Assembly: GCA_965261085.1 (NCBI GenBank)
Contig: OZ253442.1
Coordinates: 704,001 to 768,000 of the forward strand
DNA: 64,000 bases
Reading direction: 5' to 3'
Source of the DNA: a bacterium
GTDB taxonomy: Bacteria; UBA8248
Shown here piece by piece: positions 28,793 to 38,684 of this stretch. The stretch's first letter is position 1. Every line of letters begins with the position of its first letter. A program made the position numbers and the translations under genes. The notes beneath the pieces were generated by a model that made no database searches, had not been told where the DNA came from, and saw only the letters and a list, made by a program, of their open reading frames with translations.

Positions 28793-30766
28793 CTAGTGTC
28801 CGTATTCGGCGTACGCTGGGTCGATGGGTTCTGTCTGCGGCGCCCAGTCCGCTTCCTCGCCGGGGACGCTGTATTCATAGGGTCCGCGCCGGACTACAGG
28901 CAGCGTGGGGCCGAAGTTGCCGTGCGGCGTCGGCGTGGGCGCCACCCATTCGAGCGTGTTGGCTTCCCAGGGATTCTGGGGCGCGTCGGCTCCGAACGGG
29001 GCCATGTTCTTCTCCAGATAGCGGTATATCAAGGCCGCCAGGACGACGAAGACGATCGTGCCGAGAATGCGAGCGACCGTCGAGGGTTCCGGTTCCATGA
29101 AGCCCTCTATCAACGACGCCGTGCCCTTGTAGCCGATGAAGCCGACGACGAGAGCGGAAACCGCCTGGGTGAGTACCCGGAACCACTTCGCGTTCCAGCG
29201 GAAGACGGTGGCGAAGAAGTTGAAGACGAAGGGAATCTGCGAAAGCCCCAGGGCCAGGGCCGAGAGGGTGATCATCACGTTCATCGGCTGCATCCCTTGT
29301 AAGAACTCATACTGCATGGGGTTGTAGATGCGCCGCATGTGACCGCCCACGCCCAGGATGTGCATGGGGAAGAACACCATGTTGAAGAAGATGAACGTGA
29401 GCCAGAAGTGCACCTTGCCCAGCGCCTCGTCCATGGCCCTTCCGAACATTTTCGGGAACCAGTATTGAATGCCGCCGAACAGGGCGAAGACGCTCCCGCC
29501 GAAGATGACGTAGTGGAAGTGCGCCACGATGAAGTAGGTGTCGTGGATGTAGATGTCCACCACGTTCGACGCCATGAAGATGCCGCTCAGCCCGCCGATG
29601 ACGAACAGAATGACGAAGGCCAGGGCGTTGAGCATCGGCACGGTGAAGCGGATCGATCCGCCCCACAGGGTCCCGAGCCAGTTGAAGGTCTTGATGGCCG
29701 ATGGTATCGCGATGACGAGCGTCGTCATCATGAAGGCGGAGCCCAGGGCGGGGTTCATGCCGGACTGGAACATGTGGTGGCCCCAGACGATCCACGACAA
29801 AAAGGCGATGGAGAGCATGGAGTACACCATGGCCCGGTAGCCGAAAATCGGTTTTCTGCAAAAAACGCTCAAAAGCTCCGAAGCGATGCCCATGCCCGGA
29901 AGAATGAGGATGTAGACCTCCGGATGGCCGAAGTACCAGAACAGGTGCTGCCACAGGAGGGGTTCGCCCCCCTTCAGGGGATTGAAGAAGTTCGTCTCGA
30001 ACACGCGGTCGAAAATCATCATCGCGCCGGCGGAGCCGAGAATGGGCAGGGCCAGGAGGCCGAGAATGGCGGTGACGAACAACGACCACACGACGAGCGG
30101 CACCCGGAACCAGGTCATGCCCTCCGTGCGCATGTTGATGAGCGTGGTGATGTAGTTGATCGAACCCATGAGCGATGAAAAGCTGAGCACGAACAGACTC
30201 ATCGCCCATAATGTCTGCCCCATATAGACGCCGGTGTATTCCGGCACGGTGGATAAGGGCGCGTAGCTGGTCCAGCCGGCGGCGGCGTGTCCTCCCTCGA
30301 CCAGGAATCCCGCAGTCATGATGACGGCGCCCAGAACGGCGACCCAGAACGAAAGCATGTTCAGCAGCGGAAACGCCATGTCGCGCGCGCCGATCATCAG
30401 CGGGATGAGGAAGTTCCCGAAACAGCCCACCAGAATCGGCATCACGACCAGGAACACCATGATCGTCGCGTGCATGGTGACCGCCATGTTGTAGAAGCTC
30501 GGCGTGACGTAGCCCTCGGGCATGCCGTCGCTCTCATCCGATATCCACTCGAAGCCCCAGACCTGCGTTTCCGGCCAGGCGAGCTGCCAGCGGAAGATCA
30601 GGGCGAGGATTCCGCCGACGACCATCATGATGAGGCCGAGCCAGAGGAACTGCCTGGCGATCATCTTGTGATCCGTCGAGAAGACGTATGTGCTCCAGAA
30701 CCCACCTTCGTGGTGGTCGTGAGCGCCGTGTGCATCTGCCGTGGTTTCACTCATGGTTTCCTGCAT
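28793..30766 (-). CDS. ctaD: Cytochrome c oxidase subunit I, A1 type
   Basis: STDHK, TMHATIM, WYFGHPEVY, WGHHMF, HDTYFIVAHFHY; start may be ATG 30754. Confidence 0.96.
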   Translation of the reverse strand: MQETMSETTADAHGAHDHHEGGFWSTYVFSTDHKMIARQFLWLGLIMMVVGGILALIFRWQLAWPETQVWGFEWISDESDGMPEGYVTPSFYNMAVTMHATIMVFLVVMPILVGCFGNFLIPLMIGARDMAFPLLNMLSFWVAVLGAVIMTAGFLVEGGHAAAGWTSYAPLSTVPEYTGVYMGQTLWAMSLFVLSFSSLMGSINYITTLINMRTEGMTWFRVPLVVWSLFVTAILGLLALPILGSAGAMMIFDRVFETNFFNPLKGGEPLLWQHLFWYFGHPEVYILILPGMGIASELLSVFCRKPIFGYRAMVYSMLSIAFLSWIVWGHHMFQSGMNPALGSAFMMTTLVIAIPSAIKTFNWLGTLWGGSIRFTVPMLNALAFVILFVIGGLSGIFMASNVVDIYIHDTYFIVAHFHYVIFGGSVFALFGGIQYWFPKMFGRAMDEALGKVHFWLTFIFFNMVFFPMHILGVGGHMRRIYNPMQYEFLQGMQPMNVMITLSALALGLSQIPFVFNFFATVFRWNAKWFRVLTQAVSALVVGFIGYKGTASLIEGFMEPEPSTVARILGTIVFVVLAALIYRYLEKNMAPFGADAPQNPWEANTLEWVAPTPTPHGNFGPTLPVVRRGPYEYSVPGEEADWAPQTEPIDPAYAEYGH

Positions 30767-30859
30767 CCCTCGTAGTTTATAGGACGAAAGACTTTTTCTT
30801 TCCTTCCGACACGTTTCAAGATAAAAGAGGGCTCGCGCGCCCCCATGAAATACAGCCGC

Positions 30860-31528
30860 TTATTTGTCTTTCTCCGCCCACGCCTTCTTGCGCCATTTCG
30901 CATAGTCCGCCTCGGAGTGAACGACGAGCTCTCCCTTCATGCCGGAGTGCCCGAAGCCGCAGAGCTCGGCGCAGGGTATCTCGTATTTGCCCACCTTGAA
31001 CGGCGTGAACCACAGCGGAATCGTCCGGCCCGGAACCACGTCCTGCTTCATGCGGGTCTGCGGGATGAAGAAGCTGTGGATGACGTCGGTTCCTTTCAGC
31101 GAGATGAGCACCTGCTTGTTCACCGGCACGTTCATCTGGTTGTCCAGCACGAGGTCGTCCTTGGTGCCGAATTTGTCGTCGTCTCCGGGGTAGCGGATGA
31201 TCCAGTTGAACTGCTTGCCGGTCACCTCGACGCGCACGTGGGGGTTCTGGGGAATCGCCATCTTGAGCTTCGCCCAGGAGGTCTGTGTCATCAGGACGAA
31301 TACGAGCAGGATGAAGGCGGGAATCACCGTCCAGAGAATCTCCAGGGTGTTGTTGCCGTGCACGTATTTCGCCTTCACGCCCGGTTTGGCGCGGTATTTG
31401 ATGAGGAAATAGATCATCGCGGCGGCGACCATGATGAAGACGACCGACGTCAGATAGTATGAGATATAGAAGAGGAAGTCGATTTCCTCTCCTTCGAGAG
31501 AAATGTTCTCTGGGAGCCAACTCATCAT
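30860..31528 (-). CDS. coxB: Cytochrome c oxidase subunit II
   Basis: LEILWTVIP, DVIHSF, CuA motif CAELCGFGHSGM. Confidence 0.96.
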   Translation of the reverse strand: MMSWLPENISLEGEEIDFLFYISYYLTSVVFIMVAAAMIYFLIKYRAKPGVKAKYVHGNNTLEILWTVIPAFILLVFVLMTQTSWAKLKMAIPQNPHVRVEVTGKQFNWIIRYPGDDDKFGTKDDLVLDNQMNVPVNKQVLISLKGTDVIHSFFIPQTRMKQDVVPGRTIPLWFTPFKVGKYEIPCAELCGFGHSGMKGELVVHSEADYAKWRKKAWAEKDK

Positions 31529-31825
31529 GAGAAGCGTATCCTCCGGTGCTTGCCTTGTGAAAAGCGGGTCGGGGCGTCACATTCCCCCGAAACCGCGATA
31601 AATAAATGGTTGCCGTAGTAAACGCAAGGCGAGTCTAAAGGATAAGCGGATGTTTTTTCAAGCGCGCACGGGGAAACTTTTCGCATCGCGGGAGCAGGCG
31701 CAGGCCCCGCCATCGGGAGGAGGATGAAAGAGCGCGCCGCCCCTTGACTCCGGGTTCCGGCAGGGGGTAGTTTCCCCGCTTTTGTTTGCAAGATGCGCGT
31801 CCTGCAGGCTATAAGGAAATGGCGA

Positions 31826-31902
<77 letters not shown>

Positions 31903-31913
31903 TCGAATATAAG

Positions 31914-31944
31914 AGGCCGGGGCCACAAGGCCCCGGCTTTTTTG
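31914..31944 (+). terminator. Intrinsic terminator after tRNA
   Basis: GCCGGGGCC-acaa-GGCCCCGGC followed by T run. Confidence 0.85.
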
Positions 31945-31988
31945 GTTTGTGGGGGCAAGTTTTGATTCGTTGGTCGGGATGAATTTGC

Positions 31989-32432
31989 TCAGGTATGTTT
32001 TTTAGCGGATGGATATACTCGATGTTCGGGGTCCCACCACAACAATCGCAAAATCCCCTTTTCTAAAATGCCGAATATGCGCTCGCGACTACTTACCGAC
32101 AATGACACCAACTGGTCTACGTCCTGTTCGCCGATCTTCCTGAGAAGCTTTTGGTTTTCGCCGGGAAGATCGGCAACTTGAATTGTATGATTTCGTTTTT
32201 TGTCTTTTACGAGTATCTCGTTCCAGGTCATTGTTTCAAAGTTCGCAAGCCTCTTTCTGATTCGCTCCAGCTTTTCATTGTCGAGGACATCCCAACCAAA
32301 AGGCCCTTGGGTTTGAAGGAGGCGGATTTGCCAGGAGGGGTGTGTTTGCCCAAAATCTGGATTTTCAGCGGTCGTGGGTGTTTTTGATGAAGGTGGTTGC
32401 TCCCGCCGGCGTACCTGTTTCGACTTGGCCAT
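31989..32432 (-). CDS. Putative toxin partner of Panacea antitoxin (possible RelE-like fold)
   Basis: Basic 147-aa ORF 16 nt downstream of DUF4065 gene; TWNEI, SL...ERIFG, LLWWDPEHRVYP. Confidence 0.65.
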   Translation of the reverse strand: MAKSKQVRRREQPPSSKTPTTAENPDFGQTHPSWQIRLLQTQGPFGWDVLDNEKLERIRKRLANFETMTWNEILVKDKKRNHTIQVADLPGENQKLLRKIGEQDVDQLVSLSVSSRERIFGILEKGILRLLWWDPEHRVYPSAKKHT

Positions 32433-32448
32433 CTATAGAACGGTGCAA

Positions 32449-32877
32449 TTAGATACTGTCGTAGTATTCAAAAATTGATTCGTGAGAAATCGGGTTCGTA
32501 CTGCGTTTACCCGGGAGAATGCCTTTTCTGGCATCCTTCCATGGCGCTTCGAGGTGGGTCAAATCCTTGAGCCATTGAGACGATTTGTCGCCATAGTACT
32601 CAAGAACTGCATCTATAGTTTCTTTTTCAACCTTCGTAAGATTGCCGATTTTCCCGCGCGGCCAACTGGAAACCTGAAACTTGCCCTTATGAAGGCGATA
32701 CAATTCAGGCACTACGGGACCATTCGCCCAGGCTTCGATTCTCGCCTGGAACAAAGGAGCCTCATCCCACACCAATGACCATGCCTGGCAATAATAGACG
32801 AGTTTTTGCAGCTTCCAGGTAGTTAGAAGCCCGCTTTTTTTCAGGATGTATTTACTTACATCGTGCACACTCGCCAT
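32449..32877 (-). CDS. Panacea (DUF4065/SocA/GepA) antitoxin
   Basis: KLQKLVYY, LF..IEAW.NGPVV.ELY, L..LTH.E.PW. Confidence 0.92.
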   Translation of the reverse strand: MASVHDVSKYILKKSGLLTTWKLQKLVYYCQAWSLVWDEAPLFQARIEAWANGPVVPELYRLHKGKFQVSSWPRGKIGNLTKVEKETIDAVLEYYGDKSSQWLKDLTHLEAPWKDARKGILPGKRSTNPISHESIFEYYDSI

Positions 32878-33520
32878 TATTTCTCCCCTGTGGCGGTGAT
32901 TCTAAATCTGCTCGAAATCTAGCTCGATTTATCTAGCAAAGCAACTCCGGTGTATTTTGGGGTTAAATTTATATGGAATGAACAATCCCGCAGAAAAACG
33001 CATAGACGGGCGCGAAGCTGTGGGGGATACTCCCCCCTAAAAAACCACCTTGCCTATCCTTGCGGGATGCCCCTGCGATATCCTCATGTTCTTCATCGTT
33101 CCGGCGCGCGCCCCTTGCCGGCATCGGGCCTCACCCCCCTCGCCCGGATGTTTAAGGATTTTCACCTGATTCAACCCGGAAAAAGAAGCCGCTCGTCGGG
33201 AATTCTTCCACCGGCCACCCCCTCGCGAGAGGATTGTTTTTGCTGGAAATAACGCTATATGGAGGATTCCGGAGAAGTGCTCCGTTTTTTTCTGTTTTGC
33301 ATTTTGTTACGAAAAGGTTACAATATGGACATATTGCAAAAGTATTTATATATACGCCAATAAAAATTTCGCCCTGTGGATGTTCGGTGTTTTCGTCAAG
33401 TAGGGAGGAATCTTTATTAGAGGAAGCTCAATGTTTGCGGCGCGGGATTTTGCTCCTGAGTCCCGCGTTCATGGTGTGCGGCATAATTGGGATGTTTCCT
33501 ATCAATAAGGAGGCGCTTGA

Positions 33521-35494
33521 ATGAATGCAAAGATTTACTGGCTATTCGCCTTCGTCGTGCTCTATTGGGCCTACTGCATTTTCTGGGGCCTCAAGTGCGC
33601 GAGGATGGCGAGAACGGCTGGTGACTACTTCATTGCGGGTCGCCAGCTATCTATGTGGGTGTTCGTCCTGGCGGCGACGGCGACGTCGTTTTCGGGGTGG
33701 ACGTTCATGGGACACCCGGGACTGGTCTATCGAGACGGGTTCCAGTACGCCTACGCTTCTTTCTACACCATCACCATCCCCTTTACCGGGGTGATGTTCC
33801 TGAAGCGCCAGTGGATGCTGGGCAAACGCTACGGATATGTCACGCCCGGTGAAATGTTCGCCGACTACTTCCAGGGAGACGCCATACGCATCCTCACGGT
33901 GCTCGTGGCCCTGTTGTTCTCGATTCCCTACCTCGGCGTGCAGTTGGGAGCCTCGGGCTTCTTGTTCAACGTGCTGACTGATGGTGCTTTCGGCATCAAC
34001 GTGGGCATGTGGATGCTCTCGGCCGTCGTGCTCATCTACGTCGCGGCAGGAGGTCTGCGCGCCGTGGCCTACGTGGATACGCTCCAGTGCATTCTCCTCG
34101 CGCTGGGCATCGTGATTACGGGCTTCATCGCGCTGAACATCGCCGGCGGATGGGGTGCGCTGAACGAGGGTCTCGCCAAATTGGCGGCCTCCCCGGTGGG
34201 TAAATGGGGGACGACGAAAGGATACGGCGGCGGCGATTACAACGCCTATTTCGCCATCCCCGGCGTCATCCAGTTCACGGCCGGCCTGGGCAAGCAAACC
34301 CCGGTGGGCGGTCTGTGGACGGGCGTCATGTGCCTGACCTACATGTTCGCGCTCATGGGGATTCAGTCTTCCCCGGCGTTCTCCATGTGGGCGTTCTCGA
34401 ACAACAACCCGCGCCCCTTCGCGCCCCAGCAGGTCTGGGCGTCTTCTGCGGGCATCGGGTTCATCCTGTTCTTCTTCACCGCGTTCCAGGGAATGGGGGC
34501 GCATCTTCTCGGTGCGAACCCGGCGGTGACCAAAGCGGGACTTGCGATATCGGACGTGCTCGCCGCGTCCATTGCGAAAAAGCCCGACTCGCTGGTGCCG
34601 TACTATTTCAACTACATTGCGACTGCGGCGCCCTGGCTGGTCGGTCTTCTCGCGGTCTGTGCGCTGGCCGCCATGCAGTCCACAGGTGCCGCGTACATGT
34701 CCACGGCGGGCGGTATGCTCACCCGCGATCTGTACAAGAGGTATCTGAACCCCGGCGCCTCGCATGAAACCCAGAAGATCGCGGGCCGGATCGGCGTTTT
34801 GATCATCGTGGTCTCAGCGCTCCTTGTGGCGACGTTCTCGCGAGACGCGCTTGTGTTGCTTGGAGGACTTGCCGTCGCCTTCGGCTTCCAGATGTGGCCG
34901 CCGTTGGTGGCGGTGTGCTGGTACCCGAAGATTACGAGACAAGGCGCGACCTGGGGACTGGCGGCCGGCCTGCTCGGCGTAATCTTCACCGAGAACTTCG
35001 GCCTCACCATTCTCAAGGGAATCGGCATCGACATCTGGGGGCGCTGGCCGTGGACGATTCACTCCGCCGGCTGGGGCATTCTCTTGAACGTGGCGGTGTG
35101 CTGGATCGTATCGGCGAATACGCAGGACGCGGCGTCGTCGGCCCACCGGCAAAAGTACCACGACTTCCTGGCCGAGCACGCTTCGCTCTCGCCGGAAAAA
35201 CAGGGTCTCGTCCCCGTGGCATGGGGCATTACGCTGGCCTGGATGTTCTTCGGCATCGGTCCGGGCGCCGTCATCGGCAACTGGATCTTCGGCGCTCCCG
35301 ACGCGGGGCGGGCAGGATGGACGTTCGGCATGCCCTCTATTTGGGCCTGGCAGATACTCTTCTGGGCCCTTGGCGTGGGTATGATGTGGATGCTCGCCTA
35401 CAAGATGGAAATGTCCACGGTGCCGGATACGGATATCGAGGCGCTCGTGGAGGACATCGGCGACGTGGTTCCGCAGCAGGCGGGATCGTCCTAG
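33521..35494 (+). CDS. Sodium:solute symporter family protein
   Basis: DYFIAGR, ATSFSGWTFMGHPG, GGLRAVAYVD, AAMQST; many TM helices; AAGGAGG RBS. Confidence 0.93.
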   Translation: MNAKIYWLFAFVVLYWAYCIFWGLKCARMARTAGDYFIAGRQLSMWVFVLAATATSFSGWTFMGHPGLVYRDGFQYAYASFYTITIPFTGVMFLKRQWMLGKRYGYVTPGEMFADYFQGDAIRILTVLVALLFSIPYLGVQLGASGFLFNVLTDGAFGINVGMWMLSAVVLIYVAAGGLRAVAYVDTLQCILLALGIVITGFIALNIAGGWGALNEGLAKLAASPVGKWGTTKGYGGGDYNAYFAIPGVIQFTAGLGKQTPVGGLWTGVMCLTYMFALMGIQSSPAFSMWAFSNNNPRPFAPQQVWASSAGIGFILFFFTAFQGMGAHLLGANPAVTKAGLAISDVLAASIAKKPDSLVPYYFNYIATAAPWLVGLLAVCALAAMQSTGAAYMSTAGGMLTRDLYKRYLNPGASHETQKIAGRIGVLIIVVSALLVATFSRDALVLLGGLAVAFGFQMWPPLVAVCWYPKITRQGATWGLAAGLLGVIFTENFGLTILKGIGIDIWGRWPWTIHSAGWGILLNVAVCWIVSANTQDAASSAHRQKYHDFLAEHASLSPEKQGLVPVAWGITLAWMFFGIGPGAVIGNWIFGAPDAGRAGWTFGMPSIWAWQILFWALGVGMMWMLAYKMEMSTVPDTDIEALVEDIGDVVPQQAGSS

Positions 35495-35523
35495 ACGAGA
35501 CCGTGATGTAAAGGTATCGCCAT

Positions 35524-35563
35524 GCGGGGGAGGGGCGCGAGTTCCTCCCCCGCGTTGTTTTTT
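35524..35563 (+). terminator. Probable intrinsic terminator
   Basis: GCGGGGGAGG...CCTCCCCCGC stem followed by T-rich tract. Confidence 0.7.
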
Positions 35564-35589
35564 CGCCGCCAAGATGGCTAAATGACGCC

Positions 35590-35829
35590 ATGACCGAGAT
35601 ATTCACCGCAAAATACACGCTGCTCTGGACGTTCGGGCTGGTCGCCGCGCTGTTCCTGCCCGTGCGCCGGCTCATCTGGGTGCTCTACATCAGGCGCGCG
35701 GAGAGAGACGGCGCGGAGAGCTCGGACGAAGAACGCCTGGCGCTCAAAAAGCGCGCCGGGATAACGACGCTGCTGCTCTGCTTCGTGTTCTCTTATTTTT
35801 ATACGATGCATCTTTTCCGGGGACCGTGA
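35590..35829 (+). CDS. Small two-TM hypothetical protein
   Basis: 79 aa, two hydrophobic segments; stop overlaps next start. Confidence 0.7.
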   Translation: MTEIFTAKYTLLWTFGLVAALFLPVRRLIWVLYIRRAERDGAESSDEERLALKKRAGITTLLLCFVFSYFYTMHLFRGP

Positions 35830-36440
35830 TGGATCCGCGCGTACTCAAGCGTTTCATCAAGAACATGGCGATTCTCATCTTCGTCATGTTCTCCGCGTGG
35901 GCGCTGTGGGAGATGTATTCCGACGAGAAACCGGGGGATTACGACACCCGCCAGGGCGACATCCGGCTGAGCGAGAGGAACTTCGAGGAGGCGCTGGCGA
36001 GCTTCAACCGGGCGTTGCGCGATAGGCCCAACCACCGGGGCGCGCTGATGGGCCGCGCGCTGGTGTTCGTCCAGACGAAGCAATACGACAAGGCCTCGGC
36101 CGAACTCACCTACCTCATAGATTATCTCAAGAAAAACTTAGACCTCACCGACGCGACGGGCACCGCCACGATTGCGGCGGCCTACGCCAACCGGGGCATC
36201 GTCCACGACAGGAAGGGCCGCTACAAGGAGGCGCTCGCCGATTATATCGAAGCGCTCAAGACCGACCAGGGAGCGGTGGATGGACCGGGCATCATAGATA
36301 AAGTGGTCTACGGCACGTCGAACGCCTCCACGGTGCGCAAGCGCGCCATATACCTGAAAGAACAACTGGCGCTCCCGCCGGAAAAACGCCTGTTTCGCGT
36401 GCCGGAAATCGATGCGGAACAGCGCATGCACAAACCCTGA
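35829..36440 (+). CDS. Membrane-anchored TPR protein
   Basis: N-terminal TM; TPR-like EALASFNRAL, AYANRGIV, EALADYIEAL. Confidence 0.85.
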   Translation: MDPRVLKRFIKNMAILIFVMFSAWALWEMYSDEKPGDYDTRQGDIRLSERNFEEALASFNRALRDRPNHRGALMGRALVFVQTKQYDKASAELTYLIDYLKKNLDLTDATGTATIAAAYANRGIVHDRKGRYKEALADYIEALKTDQGAVDGPGIIDKVVYGTSNASTVRKRAIYLKEQLALPPEKRLFRVPEIDAEQRMHKP

Positions 36441-36483
36441 GCATCCGTATCGAAACGGCTCGGCGTATCAGTGGGCCTTTGCG

Positions 36484-36684
36484 TTAGAAACGGATGACGC
36501 CGAGCACGTCCTGGAACAGGACCAGAAAGAAGAACACCGCGGCGATACAGCCGAAGAGCAGGTGAATGTAATCCGACCCGCCGTCCGGATTGCGCGTGCG
36601 GATGGCCTTGATGGCGATGAAGCCCGTGGTGAACAGGAAGATGAAGTTTACGGCTTGTTGATACTCGCCTGTGAATTCGAACAT
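36484..36684 (-). CDS. Small two-TM hypothetical protein
   Basis: GAGGT RBS; 66 aa with two hydrophobic helices. Confidence 0.65.
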   Translation of the reverse strand: MFEFTGEYQQAVNFIFLFTTGFIAIKAIRTRNPDGGSDYIHLLFGCIAAVFFFLVLFQDVLGVIRF

Positions 36685-36714
36685 GACGACCTCGTGTAGA
36701 AAGTTTGTTCCACG

Positions 36715-37230
36715 CTATCTGTTGTAACGCCCCGGCGCCAGGGACGTATCCTGGATTTTGCGCTCCTTCGCCATGGCCTTCATCTCTTTTTTCGTGAAAT
36801 AGGGCGGCAGAAAAGAGGTGCTCTCCCCTGCGACCAGATGGCTGAGCCAGAAAATGCCGGTCATCACCGACACCATGATGGCGGCGGTCACGATGAAGCG
36901 CTTGATGTCCCGGGGGAGCTTTTTGCCGTAATCCCTGTCGTACCTGTGATACGCGGGGTCGTTCTCGTTCAGTTCGCCTTGTTCGTCCAGGGCCAGTATT
37001 TGGTGCGCATGGCGGCGCGCCCAGAAGGGCACCTGATCGTAGAGCATATAGGCCATGAAGAGATGATTGATGAGTTCTTCGGACATCTCCTCGCCGTGCC
37101 ATTTGCTGTAGGCGAGCTGTAAGAACTGAAACTCCCCCACCTGCAGCAGGTTCGCCGCCTTGGCGACTTCCGCGCGCTGGGCGCTTTCCTCCCGATCCGG
37201 GCGGATGAGCGTCTGAAAGAAAGTCACCAT
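36715..37230 (-). CDS. Hypothetical protein with C-terminal TM helix
   Basis: AAGGAG RBS; AANLLQVGEFQFLQLAY..W, VPFWAR. Confidence 0.75.
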   Translation of the reverse strand: MVTFFQTLIRPDREESAQRAEVAKAANLLQVGEFQFLQLAYSKWHGEEMSEELINHLFMAYMLYDQVPFWARRHAHQILALDEQGELNENDPAYHRYDRDYGKKLPRDIKRFIVTAAIMVSVMTGIFWLSHLVAGESTSFLPPYFTKKEMKAMAKERKIQDTSLAPGRYNR

Positions 37231-37609
37231 AGCGACTCCTTCGCTGATGAAACGAGCACTCCCGGCGGCTTTTGCGTCGAAACATGAAGGCCGAAAACCA
37301 TGCTTCAGCCTAAACCCATTGCCGCGCCGCGTCAATTTTCCCCTTCGAGCGGAAATTTCCGTACCGATGAAAGGGTACGGGAGTGGTGGAGTCGCTCGCG
37401 TGACCCCTCTTGAAGGAGAGATGCTTGTGCGGACTCCCGGCGGAAAGGATGCAATTATCTTGCGTAATTTTCATTTTGAGGCTTCGGAACACCTTGTGCT
37501 ACAGTGCTCCCATCACAACCATGTGTAATTTGATTTTTCGGGTTTTATTTTCATTCCGGGCGCCTCTGTTTCGAGCGAGGTTTTTCCGGCATTTTCCCGA
37601 GGAGGTAAG

Positions 37610-38581
37610 TTGATGAAACGGTCATGTTTGAGCATCGCCGTCGCGGTTTCGGCCGTATTCGTTTTCGCCGCCGCCGCGTCCGCGCAGTCGGTCACCATTC
37701 TGGGCGGCGGCCTCAAGGGCCAGCCCTATCAGTTCGCCGTGGGGCTGAGCAAAATCCTCAAATCCAAAGCGGGCATCAGCGCCACGCCGCAATCGGCCAA
37801 GGGCATGGTGGCGCAGGCGCGCATTATCGCCAAAGGCCAGGCGCAGTTCGCGTGGGGCCTCGGCGGCCCGGTGGGCGCATGGGCCTACAAGGGAGAGAGG
37901 CGCTTCAAGAAAGAAGGACCCAAGAAGAACCTGCGCGCCGTTCTGGGGTATCCCTTCGGGCAGTTCCAGTGGCTGACCCTGGCGGATTCAGGCGTCATGA
38001 GCGTCAAGGACTTCAAGGGCAAGAAGGTATCGGTGGGCTCGGCCGCCAGCACCACCCAGACGTATGCACGCTACTTCATCCCCGCGCATGGCTTGAAGAA
38101 AGGCCAGTACAAAGAGAGCACGCCCGGTTTCCGGGGCGGATTCGGCCAGTTGAGAAACGGCAACGTCGCCGCCCACCTCACGATGGGCATGGCGCCGATG
38201 GGCCTGGTGCAGGAATTGGCCGTGCTCAAGAAAATCCGCCTGGTGGACATGGACGAGGCGGCCGTGAAGCACGTGGTGGCCACCTACGGCCCCGGCCTCA
38301 CGGCGACCACCATCGCGCCGGGCATGTACGGGAAAAACCAGGTGAACAAAAAGCCGGTGCGCACCATCTTCATCAACTTCGGCTTTTCCACCAGCACCCA
38401 CGTGAGCGCCGACACCGTCTACAAGGTCACGAAAACCCTGTTCTCCAATCTGAAGGAATTCTACGGCACGTCCAAGGCGGCGAAAAACGTCACGCTTGCG
38501 GGCGCCTGCCAGGGGCTTTCCTTCCCGCTGCACGACGGCGCCAAGCGCTACTACAAAGAAGTGGGCGCCAAGGGCTGCTAG
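37610..38581 (+). CDS. TAXI-family TRAP solute-binding protein
   Basis: Signal peptide; DFKGKKVSVG..S, VYKVTK, PLHDGAKRYYKE. Confidence 0.9.
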   Translation: MMKRSCLSIAVAVSAVFVFAAAASAQSVTILGGGLKGQPYQFAVGLSKILKSKAGISATPQSAKGMVAQARIIAKGQAQFAWGLGGPVGAWAYKGERRFKKEGPKKNLRAVLGYPFGQFQWLTLADSGVMSVKDFKGKKVSVGSAASTTQTYARYFIPAHGLKKGQYKESTPGFRGGFGQLRNGNVAAHLTMGMAPMGLVQELAVLKKIRLVDMDEAAVKHVVATYGPGLTATTIAPGMYGKNQVNKKPVRTIFINFGFSTSTHVSADTVYKVTKTLFSNLKEFYGTSKAAKNVTLAGACQGLSFPLHDGAKRYYKEVGAKGC

Positions 38582-38684
38582 GGCGTTCTGCGCGTTCTGA
38601 AAATCAGGAAATCTCCCCTCGCGGGATCGAAAAATCCGCGAGGGGGGAGGATTCTTCGCCTCATTTCCGAGGGTATGAAGCGCA

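Noticed and set aside
31903-33500. Genomic island with att duplication of tRNA-Arg
   Set aside because: No second copy of the tRNA 3' end and no integrase found
38610-38655. Hairpin between TAXI binding protein and permease
   Set aside because: Ordinary intercistronic stabilising or attenuating stem typical of transporter operons
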